Source of the DNA: Octopus sinensis
Lineage: Eukaryota
DNA length: 64,000 bases
Direction of reading: 5' to 3'
Assembly (NCBI RefSeq): GCF_006345805.1
Contig: NC_043008.1
Span: 2,108,001-2,172,000, forward strand
Each line of letters starts with the position of its first letter. Position 1 is the stretch's first letter. This document shows, piece by piece, positions 39,834 to 53,982 of the stretch. Under the pieces are notes generated by a model. It did no database searches and had not been told where the DNA came from. It was given only the letters and a program-made list of their open reading frames with translations. A program made the position numbers and the translations under genes.

Positions 39834-41149
39834 TGTATGTACAGATATACAAACATAAACACACATACACATATATATGTGTATATATATGTAAATATAT
39901 ATATATATGTGTAGGTGTCGGTGTTTATGTATGTGTATGCATGCATACGTAACAAAGACAAATATTTGTAGGTATATTTACACATATTTACAACAATTTG
40001 GCTACAGAAAAGAATAAAATGTCATTAATAATAATTTGTATATATAATTAAATTCATAGAGGTAAAAAAAGGTCAAGTCAATGTTATGATCGTTTCGGAA
40101 ACGAACGTTGTTCAATCGAACATTTCTGTCATTCCCCTCCACAGACAATCTGATGTGAAAGACAAAGAACTTATGAGATCTAATAACCATGCAGAATATG
40201 TGCTTTTATAGGAGAATAGCTTAAACTGTTTTATTGATAATGTAATTTACAATTGTTCAGCCCAAATATCTGGGGGTATATAAAATTACAAGGGCGTTAG
40301 TTTCGATAGCATTGACGGTGGATATCTAAATAGTCTGCATAATTTTACAACAACAAATAAGGGTAGCTACACGTCAACAAATTCATTCATATGGAAAAAT
40401 AAAAAGAAGAATCGAATGAATCTTTGGCCACCTGGCCGAAACTCAGAGGTGTTATGCCATATATATATGGCGGCAATGTTTGCACATTGTGCAATCAGAA
40501 GGGTACTGCTGTGTGAGACTAGAATCCTGAAGGCAGAGCCAATAACCTATAGAAAGCTTTGGACAAATTACGTTTCATTTTTGAAATCTCATATGCTTGT
40601 GCGTGTGTCTGTCTATATGTGTGTCTGTGCCATTTTCTGCGCCCACTACAGGTATTATTTCGCATTTATCCTCATTTAAAAGTGGATATTGTGTTGAAAC
40701 ACATGAAACTGAATATGTTATAACACAATAGACCTCGCTTATAGTTGTGTGGTGCAAATAGGAAGGCGCCACATGTTTATATCTTTAGAACAAGATAATC
40801 GGAAACTCTTTCTGTCAGAACTTACAATTCACGTAATTTCAGTTTTCCTCATCTTTTTCAATGGCAGACTTCCATGGCTAGTGAGGCATGCATAAAAATA
40901 CCAAACAGATTCTTGCAAACAGGAACGCATACAAAAATGTATATATCAGTATATATAAATATGTAAATATACACACACCCAAACATTTTCACACAAGAAT
41001 CATATATGCATACGCCTCTAATTTTTAACACTAATAATTATTATTAGCATATGTAACAGCTTGTAATAATATGTTGAAACCATTGTAGTGATCTCTAATA
41101 ATGCCCGTTAAATCCATCTTTTATTAATATATTCATGTATGTATGTATA

Positions 41150-42010
41150 TTATTAGCTCGTTCGAGTTGCCAACAATGAACAAGAATTCTTACGGGAAAA
41201 GAAGACGGGGGCACGGCTATAAGCTATCGGTCCGATGTGTGTTGGTAATGCTCTGCTAAAGGAGGGGAATAGAATATCAACTGTAATTGACCCGGAAATA
41301 CCATGAAATCGACTAAATGAATTCAAACGCTTCCTTAGAAAAGCAGAAATGCCCTCTAAAACAAACAACAATAAAGGTGATAAAACTAAACATCAAATAC
41401 CTGACGATACCTAAGAAGAAAATTACAGAAAATAGTATTCCGTATGTCAATACACAATCCCTTGTCCCCATTATAAACGCAAACCTACCAATGTTCCTCG
41501 AAAGTCCCCAAAATGAAAAATCACGTTGACGTAAACCTTTCATGAAACAGTAAATATCTACCATTTTTTCAATAAATATACGTATCTTTGAAGGCAGAAA
41601 TCCGTGAGAGGATAATTTGTCATTCTCTGTGGAGATCACAGATGTAGAATATGCAACAAACACAACTTCAAATATTTGGACAATGGGTTCTATATATAAT
41701 TTGAAATTGAACTTTCCTTCAAAGTAAATGCAGATATGAACTGCAGGGCAGAATCCCATATGCAGCATAACCTGAAAGGAACAATTCAATTTGCCAGCCT
41801 ACAGAATTCACAGATAACACATCATAGAAAAGCAATTACGCAAAATTCCGCTGAGTAAGAAACTGGAAATATGTGGAAAGAGCATATTCAAGATTATTCA
41901 GTTTTGAAAGTAACCAAGGGATCGAAAGTACCGGAAGGCAAAGGCACTGCATTTTGTCAAAAAAGAGAAAAAAAATACTGGTCTAAACTAAATGTTTGTC
42001 AAAAGCAAAA
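41150..42010 (+). mobile_element. Decayed Penelope-like element (thumb/linker + GIY-YIG region)
   Basis: NRLNEFKRFLRKAEMPSKTNNNKG (~RLEELK.FL..Q.YP..LINKG), ENSIPYVNT (~IPFV.T), FKVNADMNC, IPLSKKLEICGK (~IPLSEHL..CG). Confidence 0.7.
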
Positions 42011-42605
42011 GTCAGTTAACTGGATTTTGAAAAAAATAGGCAATATATATACCAAGGATAATATACGTAGACATTGACTCATACTGAATAAGTTAGGCAT
42101 GTAATTTCACATAATTAATTCATACGTGTACTATATGAGTAACAGAGTCAAATGATAGGGAAGTGCTGTACGTAGCTAACTTCTTCAGATTAATGTGTTT
42201 GGGATTACACATGGTTTATTAGTAAAATGATCAAAAGCCAATACGTAAATACTCACTTTTAGGCCTCTTCCACCGCACCATTTTTGTAGGAGACTAAAGA
42301 GCTTTGAAGGGAGTGAATGTTTACATTTTAAATCCGATTTTGACCATTTGGGCTTCTTTCATATTTTATAATCGTGACTGCATTCGTACTTGACTAAATC
42401 TTTTTCAATCCTCGACTAACATATAAAACATTTTGATCGTTTTAAACATATATGCATGTGCAAAGATGGGTGTGCAAGCTCATGTGAGCTCGCATGTGAG
42501 TGTATGTGTGGCGTGTACGTATGTATTTATGCATATATGTATGTGATGCGTGTATGACTTGTGCATATATAATATTTTTATGTGTGCATGGATGGCAGGA
42601 TATAT

Positions 42606-42638
<33 letters not shown>

Positions 42639-43707
42639 AAGTGTTATATATTGTATTTTGTGTATATATGTGAGTATGTATGCGTAAATTGGCGCTCAGG
42701 TATTATTAAGAGAGAGAGAACGAAACAAAGAAAGAGAAAATAACAGAGAATGAGAGAGTGAAGGATGGTTTCAAAATGATGACTAAAACAAACTTGACAT
42801 CTTTCGCTGTCATAACTTTAACAAGCTGACCATTTGACTAGAATATAATTTAAACCAGGAGCTCCTTTCTCACTCTCTCACTCTCTCTCTCCCTTTCTCT
42901 TCCTTTGTTTCTTTGTTTGTTTCTTTTTTTCTTTGTTTCCTTTTCCCTCTGTCTTAACCTCCTAAATTTCAACACACACACACACACACATGCTTACATA
43001 CACGTTCATGTAAAGAGAGAAATATATAAGGATAGATGCCTTGAAAATAATCAAAAGGAGATTGACATTTCAAAATGGCATTTCGTTCTAAAACCTGTTA
43101 CGACTGACCTCTTTCACTTCTCTCTCTCTCTCTCTCTCTCTCCCTCTCTCTCTCGCTCTCGAATTCATACATTCATTCATTAATTGGTTCTTTCTTTTAT
43201 TCTTTTTTCTTTCTTCGTCCTCCATTTCTTTCATTATTTGTGCTCTCATTTCACTTTCACGTTTTCCAATAATGTTTATCTTCTTGTCTCTCTTTCTGTG
43301 TCTGCTTCCATTTTTTGCTTTCACTGGCCTGTCTTCTCGGGGTTCTCAAACACACACATACTTGCACTCAAACACTTACATTCACACCCTTCCACGCGCG
43401 TTATGCCCGCACATTCATAAGCGCATATATCTACACATGCGCACATACATTTACACCCACAAACTCTCTACACACATACATCCACATACACCCCACATGA
43501 GTAGGAAACAAAAGAAAAAACCTTTCCAGATTCATATAACAAGGCTAAATATCTGATAAATCTTGGAAACGAACGAAACGAAAGTGCTAATTAATAATTA
43601 TCCAAACTTCTGACTACATCCTTTTTCTTAATATAGAAAATGTGTTCCTTATCTGAAACACATAGACATGTGTGTGATGTGCATGTGCATGTATGTATGT
43701 ATATACT

Positions 43708-43810
<103 letters not shown>

Positions 43811-44064
43811 GTATAATGTATATATATACATAACATATATAATATATATGTGTGTGTGTGTGTATATATATTGTGATAGTAGTAACAGAAAAGAGGAATT
43901 TCGATTATCCCCACGTAGTGAGTTGTAATGTATATAAGAAATTATAAAAAGGAAAATACGCACATTTATATATTAAAAATTATATTAAAACTATGTAAGT
44001 GTGCGTATTTTCCTTTTTTCTTTTATATATATATATATATGGGGGGTATGTGTGTATGGGGGTG

Positions 44065-44156
<92 letters not shown>

Positions 44157-44410
44157 GTATAATGTATATATATACATAACATATATAATATATATGTGTG
44201 TGTGTGTGTATATATATTGTGATAGTAGTAACAGAAAAGAGGAATTTCGATTATCCCCACGTAGTGAGTTGTAATGTATATAAGAAATTATAAAAAGGAA
44301 AATACGCACATTTATATATTAAAAATTATATTAAAACTATGTAAGTGTGCGTATTTTCCTTTTTTCTTTTATATATATATATATATGGGGGGTATGTGTG
44401 TATGGGGGTG

Positions 44411-44430
<20 letters not shown>
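43811..44430. repeat. Exact direct tandem duplication, period 346 bp, bounded by (TA)n
   Basis: 43811 gtataatgta... and 44157 gtataatgta... are identical through gggggtgtctgta, including internal (TG)n and (AT)n lengths. Confidence 0.95.
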
Positions 44431-44451
<21 letters not shown>

Positions 44452-45236
44452 ACAGATAGATAAATATATAAATATATACAGATACAATTTTAGATCGATA
44501 GTCTGAATGATAGACACATGTATAGATAAATAAATACATACATACGTAAGTGCATAGACATTGAGGGAATGTGAAAGTGTTATGGATACGAGTCATAGTC
44601 GTGTCGGTTGTTTTATATTCTTACCTACTTACCACGATCCTCATTTCATAATTTTCTTGAGAAATGATTTATATATTTAGAATCCGTTATATGTGTTACG
44701 ACCCAGTGTGAAGTTGTTAAATAAAGATAAGTTCGAGAAAATACTTCATATCATTATATTTCAGCTTCATATTACTGCATTTAAATTTCGTGAAATGTAA
44801 TGCTTCGCGTGACGCTTAAGTAACATGAGATTCTTGACGTAAAAGCAAGTTAGAATTTATACATATTTTATAGAAGCAAAGGTATTGATGCGATTGCAAA
44901 GAAAATATGAATTAGTAAATCTCTTTATGAGGTTGTTTAATTCAATACTTCAACTATAGTTTTAAATGCAATTATGGATCCAACACACTAAACCGATAAA
45001 TCTCTATAAAAGCAAATAATTGATATTTAACAAGTTCACTTCTGACTCTCTTTCAGAGTAATTGCATCTGCTTTACTATGAAACGCCTCTGTATCCATGT
45101 TTATGACATCAACATACATTAGGTGTTGCACTTGGAAAACAGTCTTTATTTTGTTTACATTCGTTTTGTGCCTCATAATTTAACACACTCACTGGTAAAA
45201 TTTCCACAAATTTCTTATTTTTATTTTCCGAACATT

Positions 45237-45300
45237 TTCGATGCGTCTTGCAATCTTTTCAATAGTGAAGACTATTGAAAAGTTTGCAAGACGCAACGAA
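45237..45300. other. Near-perfect inverted repeat (30-bp arms, 4-nt loop, 2 mismatches)
   Basis: ttcgatgcgtcttgcaatcttttcaatagt-gaag-actattgaaaagtttgcaagacgcaacgaa. Confidence 0.95.
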
Positions 45301-46509
45301 ACATTTTGTAACTTTGTGCTTTTAAGTATTGTCTTATGCAACTCCGCATCTTATGTTGACTCAGAAAAATAATACGCATTATTTAGATGATTTCGACTAT
45401 TAGATTATGGCTTACATCTAATAGATTTTATCATTATTTTACATTTGAGGACTAATGCTGATATAACAAACTACACCTTCATCCCAAATCGTAACTGGTT
45501 CTGCACCTATGAAGTTATTGAACTTTCGATCATGTAAATATTTTGTTATATAGAAATTCTGAGTTTGGTCATTCGTATGAACAAGCCATAGCAAACCGGC
45601 GAATCTCTGCTTACACACTGAAATATAACCGATGAAATCACTATTGTCATTGTCATTTTTTTCTTTCTATTTCAGTAAACCACATTTTTGACGAGATACC
45701 AACTAGGTTCTATAATCGAAGCCTCAGGTGCTATATTAACTCCTGACAATAAAACCAAAGTGATAGAGGAAAAAGTACACATCGAAATCGAATCAAGTCA
45801 CATCATATACGGATGGACATCGACGCTCCTCGTTGCATAGAAGATGATAGAATTCAATATTGGAGTTTATATAATCATTCTTCCAAAAATAAAATCCTTA
45901 TTTTGTTGTTAATTAATGAATAATTACTAATTTGCGATTGTGTTTTTAAGCTCTACATTTGTCAAACTTAGACTTCATTGGACGAATCAGCTAAATATCT
46001 TATAAGATTTATACTTGTTTATGTACGACTTCCACAAAAAAACCCACGTACGGCAACAATGTAAGATATTAACATTCCATTAAGCCTTTCTTTGGATAAA
46101 TGAAAATTATGAAGCTATTGCATCAGATAATTATACTTGAATCATGATAGGGAGATATTAAAAAAAGTGGGGAAGACTCAAACAATGCGATAAAGAAAAA
46201 CAATTATATCAGAGAAATTAAATGCAAAATAAATCTTCATTAAGAAAATAAATTTATTATCCTTGTCAGATTTTTATATAACCTCATTAAAATGTTTTCA
46301 TTTATAAGAAATCATTTTAGAGTTAATTGCAGCGTTATTCCATATGATTGTTTGAAATTTGAAATATTAATATCTGACAAAGTTCAGGTATGCAATTACT
46401 GTGTAAACAACAGCTACGACAAACTGATTTTTTAAATTGATATTATTACTATTATTATCATTATTATTATTGTTGATTTTGTAATTGTAGTTATCATTAT
46501 TGTGGATGC

Positions 46510-46567
46510 TGTTCTTCTTCTTCTTCTTCTTCTTCTTCTTCTTCTTCTTCTTCTTCTTCTTCTTCTT

Positions 46568-46660
<93 letters not shown>
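46510..46660. repeat. Compound microsatellite (TTC)n(TTA)n(GTA)n
   Basis: Read directly. Confidence 0.95.
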
Positions 46661-46661
<1 letters not shown>

Positions 46662-47204
46662 TCGTCATGTATATCACCATTGATGTTGTTGCTGTTGTGG
46701 TGCGTAATCGTGATGGTGCTAAATGATAAATAATAAAAAAAACCAAAGGTATGTCTTTCGCATGAAGAGGAAGAACGGTTAGTAAGAGTGGAATGATAAG
46801 AGGAGGAAGAATTGAACGACAGAGAAGAAAAAAGAATACATAGAATTTTTTTTTATCATCAACATCATTATCATTTCAATAAATGAAAATATATTAAAGA
46901 AAAGAAAAGTCACTTTATGATTGATTTATATAAGAAACAAAAAAATTACTTTTAGTATCTCAAATACTTTGAAGAAAATTGTTGATACAGAAACTCAAAA
47001 CATACTCTCATAAGTATATACATATTTCTAAACAGGTACACACACATATGTACGCCTCCCCGCACGCATACACTCACAAACATACACACACATGCACACA
47101 CGCACACACACATATGTATACATGTATATATTTAATATACAAACAAACAAGCACAGATCTAAGATATGTATACATACGTACATATACATACATACATACA
47201 TATT

Positions 47205-47246
<42 letters not shown>

Positions 47247-48124
47247 CATATATACACACACACACATATATATATATATATACATACAGTTATAAACGTA
47301 TGTATATACATGTCTGTCTGTATGTATATATATATATATAAGTATATATATATATATGTATTTATATGTATATATAGATATAGATATATACATGCAGGGA
47401 TACACAATACACACACACATATATACCCATACGTTATATATATATCTACACACACTCATATATTCAATAGATATTCATATATGTATAATTTATATATTTA
47501 TATATGCACACTTGTATATATGTATACACGTGTATATATGAAAATTGAGATTTATTAAGGTGATAAACACATCTGAACGTGGTAAAATTTAATGTTATGG
47601 AGGGCCTTATCTTTCAGCGGCCTAACATTTTCACATTTTTATTATAGCTGTCAGACTTCAATTTAAGTTTATCACATTCCCATGAAATGAATACTATTAA
47701 TTTTAAATGCAACTTGCTATTGGCTATACACACGTTTTATCAGTATGCCCCTATGTATAATATATAAGTTTTCGTTCTTCCTGAAAGTTTATAGCTCTTG
47801 CTAAATTGGTAAAACATATATTATTTGACAAGAACTAAATAAGTCTTTCATGTAGTAAACTGCTAGCTTGGCCTGCAGCAGTAATTTTTCATCACATCAG
47901 TAGGAGAAAACGTATGATTCGGTCAAAGGGAAACAATGAGAAAGATATGGGCAATCTGTTGTTACATGATCCTTGTAATAATAGGAACAGTATTAGTGGT
48001 AATGATGAAAGTGGTAGGGAAGCCGAGGGAGTAGCAGTTTGTCTACACTGTGATTAAAAGGGATGACCGTAACAAACATAGTAGAAATATGTTTTTTGAT
48101 TAAAACGATTATCTTGTTTGACAT

Positions 48125-48146
48125 AGTAATAATAATAATAATAATA

Positions 48147-48191
<45 letters not shown>

Positions 48192-48244
48192 TGGTGGTGA
48201 TGATGATGATGATGATGGTGATGAAGATGATGATGATGATAATG

Positions 48245-48335
<91 letters not shown>

Positions 48336-48380
48336 TAATAATGATAATCACAACAATAATAGTAATTATAATAATAATAA
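48125..48380. repeat. (AAT)n/(GAT)n compound microsatellite
   Basis: Read directly. Confidence 0.95.
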
Positions 48381-48469
48381 CATTGTTTCTTCTCCTGCTT
48401 CTTCTTATCATTATTGTTTTTATTGTTGTTGTTTTAACTGTTGGCTGTATGAGGCAAATTTCTATTGCG

Positions 48470-49100
48470 TCACCTCATACATCTCTGTGATGCTGAGGGT
48501 GGGTGTAGTATTGTGTTTTCGTTACCGTTGTTGGAGAAAACACTTCCGGGTATTGTTTTGCGTCATTCGCTTTTATCATGGGGTCTGCAGCAATATTTGG
48601 AGCTATTAGTGCGTGTGTGTCGTCTCTTATGTGTGTAATGTGTGTAATGTGTTGGGTATCTAGCATACTGGTGGTTGTTTAATGTACTGGATATTAACTA
48701 TGTACCGTGTGTCTTGTGTTTGTAGATTGCTTTGTTTAAATTGTATTACTGAATTGATAATGTATTGCGTAGGATGCGAGCTGTCCTTAGCAGATCTATT
48801 TTGGGGTAGTGTGGCGTGTTGCAGGTCCAGGTACAGCTTTTACATTTGTGTCCATATGTTTTTTTTAAAATTTTATGTTATCATAAATGACGGAACACTT
48901 GCATGCCTGATTCTGTCATAATTTCCGAGTCGATAATAGTCAAGTTTGTGGTCTCATATCATAACAGTCGTCCTTGACAAAACGGGCAACAGTCAAGTTA
49001 TTTTTATAGCTCGTATATTCGTTTCAGAGTATGTCGTCCTGGTGTCATTGCAAATTGAGGTTGAGTGTTTGCCTTCTCGAATATCACAAGGGTGACGATA
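48470..49100 (-). mobile_element. Older R4/Dong-type LINE 3' relic
   Basis: Minus strand ..gacagctcgcatcctacgcaatacattatcaattcagtaa encodes TARILRNTLSIQ* (stop at 48746-48748), the same C-terminal motif as the 28.4 kb fragment; upstream is heavily decayed. Confidence 0.6.
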
Positions 49101-50271
49101 CAAAAGCCAGTTACAAATAAAATCTCAATGAAAAGTTAATCCTGGTAGGTTTTATAAATTCTATTACACCCGAAATATATTTATTGAATCTTTGGCATTT
49201 TATTGACATTTTTAAAAACGTATTTTGTATCCTTACAAATGAAACATAGATTTTATATTTGTTAAAAATGTGTATCTTTCTCCCGGCAATTTGGCGCGAC
49301 ATAAGTACTAAAACAAAAACATACAGTCTCTTTAGTTTCTTCAACAAATATCTTTTTGTCAGTGATTTGTTGTTGTTTGATCAATACTAAAGTAAAGTCA
49401 TGTCGAAATATTCTATTCATATTTTGTATTTTTCCCTAAACTATCGATAAAGAAATAAATCTTTTCTATCAGAAGAAACTTATTTATGGAGCAACTGCGA
49501 AATTATAAACAAACACTTATATTCTAATATCAAATATTTCTCGTATAATGAAAGAGGTGAACGAAATCTTTATAACTTTAAAAACTAATTCAATAAAAGT
49601 ACATATAAATATGACAAAATTTCCGACAAGATGGAGACCGAAACAAAAAACGTTTTTCTTCATTAATCAAAAGGATAGCATATCTCACGATTCAATTCAA
49701 AATCATTGTGATTGATACTAAAACCTACAGTGTGTATTGAGTAGAGCCTGACAAGGTTATCATGCCAGGAGCCAAAGCCAGCAATAGAAACACACCTAAG
49801 CCAATAGCAAGAGAAGATCAATGCTGAAATCGATAAAGTTAGTTGTTGGAAGGTAATTGATTATACATAGCCTTGTTCGCTCTCTACCTGGATGAAGCAG
49901 ACATCAACAAGTGAAGCACGTTTATCTAACAACATGCATTGTTAAGGGGTTTTCTTTCCGCTTTTGTATACTTAGTGATTCTATAAAAATATTTCTAAGC
50001 TCAAAAGCAGAAAAAAAAGAAAAAAAGGAAAAAGAAAAAGTCGTTAAATTATTATCCAAAACACACTTCAGTTCACATGACAAACTTCTGAGAGTGTTTT
50101 CTGTATACAGCTAAAAAAATTGTTAGCTGATAAATAAATTGGCTTCCCAAGATCTATATTAAACTTGAAGCTGTACATTAATCAGTTGAGTGCCTAACAT
50201 ATTGAAGGAATTCTCAGGAAACTTATACATACATGCATATATATATATATATATATGGGTATATATATATA

Positions 50272-50376
<105 letters not shown>

Positions 50377-50669
50377 GTATATATATGTATATATATATAT
50401 AAACAATTCCTTGCAAAAAATAGATTAATTAAGAAAACTAAAATAGAAACAGCACTCTATGTTATTCGAAAACTTTATAGTGTTGTGTTTTCGTCTTTGC
50501 TTTCCGTCTTTATAGATGCCATGCTATTGACACGGCATCTATAGCATCATACTCCCTGAGCTTATAAATGCAATATAACATCAGAGATGTTCTACCAAAC
50601 TTTAAAGAGAACATTTAATTCTATAGAAATGAGTATACTACTTTCAGAAAATAGGCAACCATATTGGGA

Positions 50670-50780
50670 CAAAGCAGTATGATGAAATTAGTGATAACGC
50701 TGGTTATGAAATCATACGTTTTCCCCAATCACTTTGAGATATATAAAACGCTCGCTAGTTCAATTAGAGGAATATCAAAA
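50670..50780 (+). mobile_element. Possible Tc1-like transposase fragment
   Basis: KQYDEISDNAGYEIIRFP resembles Y.VDEIA...GHEVLRLPPYH. Short, and nothing else is recognisable nearby. Confidence 0.25.
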
Positions 50781-51555
50781 TAGAATATGTCAGTGCGACC
50801 AAGTCAATACGTAGTAACAAGATTTCAACTCAGATACGAGTTCAATGTTTGAGCAATGAAAAAAAACAAAACCAGAATAATCTTCTCCGTATAGTACATT
50901 GCGTTTTGTGTGTGGCAATTGGAATATTGTATCATTGATAAAGCTTTGTTATATTTTGGGCATATTTGATATATTGCAGCGAATGAGATAATATTAGTAA
51001 ATAAAACACACTTACTCACCTTTGTTTAAAGTATATTATCTGCTATAATATCCAAGAACTATCTTTATGTATTTTTTGAACGGTAAGATCATTTATATGT
51101 TTAAATTTCTCTTGAGATTACCAAGTTAAAGTGCATATTCACTTTAAAATAATTTGAAACGAAATTGTCGAAAATGTGTTTATAAAGAAAATATTACTTC
51201 CTTTGTAGACAAATTTTTATCTCACTGTCAGGAAATTCGAAGAAATCGAAATTAGATATTTCCCTTTTACAATAATCTCCAATTTATATAATTCTTATAT
51301 TTTCAGGAGGGATTCAAAATATATCTGCCAAAATTGTTGAAAGGATACACCTACCCTATTCACAGACTTTATTTTGTGTACTTTTTATTGCTCAACATAA
51401 ACGGTACGAATCACTGTTTTCTGAGTCTCATATATAATGAAGAAGAAACTTGGGTACCAGTGACAGCATTCTCATAGAATGAGTTCATTTCAAATTTTAC
51501 TAAATATAGGAAATCAATTTAAGCTACGTTGTTCTCTTTGAATTTGTTTCTTGTT

Positions 51556-51770
51556 CATAAGGCAACTTGCTGATAGAACCATTACCGCGCCGGACAAAAT
51601 ACTTAGCGGTATTTCACCTGTCTTTACGTTCTGAGTTCAAATTCCTCCGAGACCGACTTTTATTTTTATCCTTTTGAGGTCGATAAAATAACTTTCAAAA
51701 ACTAATATCAATGAAACTGACTAACCCACTCACCTAAACTTGCTGTCCTTCTGCCAAAATTTTAATCGAT
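51556..51770 (+). mobile_element. SINE family B copy; further partial copies at about 51800-51910, 51985-52070 and 52478-52560 between (ATT)n arrays
   Basis: gcgccggacaaaatacttagcggtatttcacctgtctttacgttctgagttcaaattcctccgagaccgacttt...gaggtcgataaaataa. Confidence 0.8.
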
Positions 51771-51909
51771 TTTTATTATTGCTGCTATTACTATTATCTT
51801 GGTTCCAAGGTCGACTTTACTCTTCATCCTATGGGGGTCAATACTGCGATCGCTGTAATCAACTCATTCCTCCCACTAAAATTTCTGCCATTGAATCTAA
51901 ATTTTAAAC

Positions 51910-51944
<35 letters not shown>

Positions 51945-52149
51945 TATTTATTATTATTATTATTATTATTATAAATGTCAATAGAGGTCTGTGACTGGCA
52001 AAATCGCAAGTAGGGTCCGCCCATCTTTACGTTTTCAGTTTAAATTCCAAAAAGATCTACTATGTATTTCATACTTTCGGTTCCAGAAAATAAGCAGCAT
52101 TCCAGCACGTCGATGTTGATCATTGGCACCACCACTCTCAAGGTTTCAA

Positions 52150-52476
<327 letters not shown>

Positions 52477-53248
52477 GCAGAATCGTTACTACAGCGGGAT
52501 TGTGAGTTTCAATTCCGTCAAATTCGATTTTGCATTTCATCCTTACACTGTCCAGAAACTTAATATCAATTGGACACTGGAATTATGGTAATAAACTTAA
52601 AATCACTACAAAAAATTACGTGCATTTTCACAAAATTTCAATCCATTTTCCTTTGCCGGAACTTTTAAAATTCGTCTTTTAACGAATTCAATTCTCTCCT
52701 GCATACCGTTCTTCATTATGAGACATATATCTTCATTAACGCTCTACGAGCGTCAAATATTTAGTTATTAAATTAAAATTAACATTAAGTATATTTTAAA
52801 GATATTTATTTACATAACTCTACATTCTACTCGATGCTGGAAAACATTCGGTACAAAGCCATTACATATTTTGAAGTTCATTTAATAAATGTGATAAGTA
52901 ATAATGTACATAATATATTAATTACATTAACGATATAGGAGAATTAATGAGAAATAGCACCGAGAAGAAAATAAATATATATCAAAAACCTCGACGCTAT
53001 TTACTATTTCACTCAGTAAATACGTAAATACCACTTAAGAGCAAGAGAAAAGCTAATCTAAAACCAATTTCTTTGATTAATTTTTGCATTTAGAAATAAT
53101 TGCCCCAAGAGATCACTACATTTAAAAAATTTACTTTCCTTCATTCGAAAATCATTACATTTCTTGGAAAAATAATTTTCCCTCCTAAACATGGCTAAAG
53201 CAATATACGTCCATAATATATATATATGCATGTATGGATGCATGTATA

Positions 53249-53314
<66 letters not shown>

Positions 53315-53316
53315 CG

Positions 53317-53440
<124 letters not shown>

Positions 53441-53628
53441 GATATGCATACATATAACAACAGTTGCAGTTCATGAATATAAGAAAGCAAACATCACGTC
53501 TGTTGGTGTCTTACACGCCCACACAAGTACACCGACCGACACAAGCACACCCATACATCTATACGCACATACATACGTACTCACACACTGCATGCACACA
53601 CATATCTGTGTGTGTGTGTGTACAAATA

Positions 53629-53663
<35 letters not shown>

Positions 53664-53865
53664 CAATCTGGCGGATATTATTGAGATGGATATCGTATTA
53701 GCTCTCACTCAAGTTGCAGGTAAGATCTAACCTCAACGATCCGTTTTAACGTCTCTGATTGTTGTTAGTCACTCAGTCAATTCTTCCGGTGGATTAATCC
53801 TTGTACGGTTCACTGGTCGGTAACAAAGTATCACACATATGAACACAATGATAATAATAATAATA

Positions 53866-53896
<31 letters not shown>

Positions 53897-53935
53897 GTCA
53901 TGAAAATAACATTAACAATAATAATGATAATATAT

Positions 53936-53982
<47 letters not shown>

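Noticed and set aside
41313-41789. 158-aa hydrophobic minus-strand ORF resembling a membrane or TRP/PKD-like segment
   Set aside because: It is the antisense of the Penelope relic; A-rich Lys/Asn codons read as Phe/Leu/Ile on the other strand.
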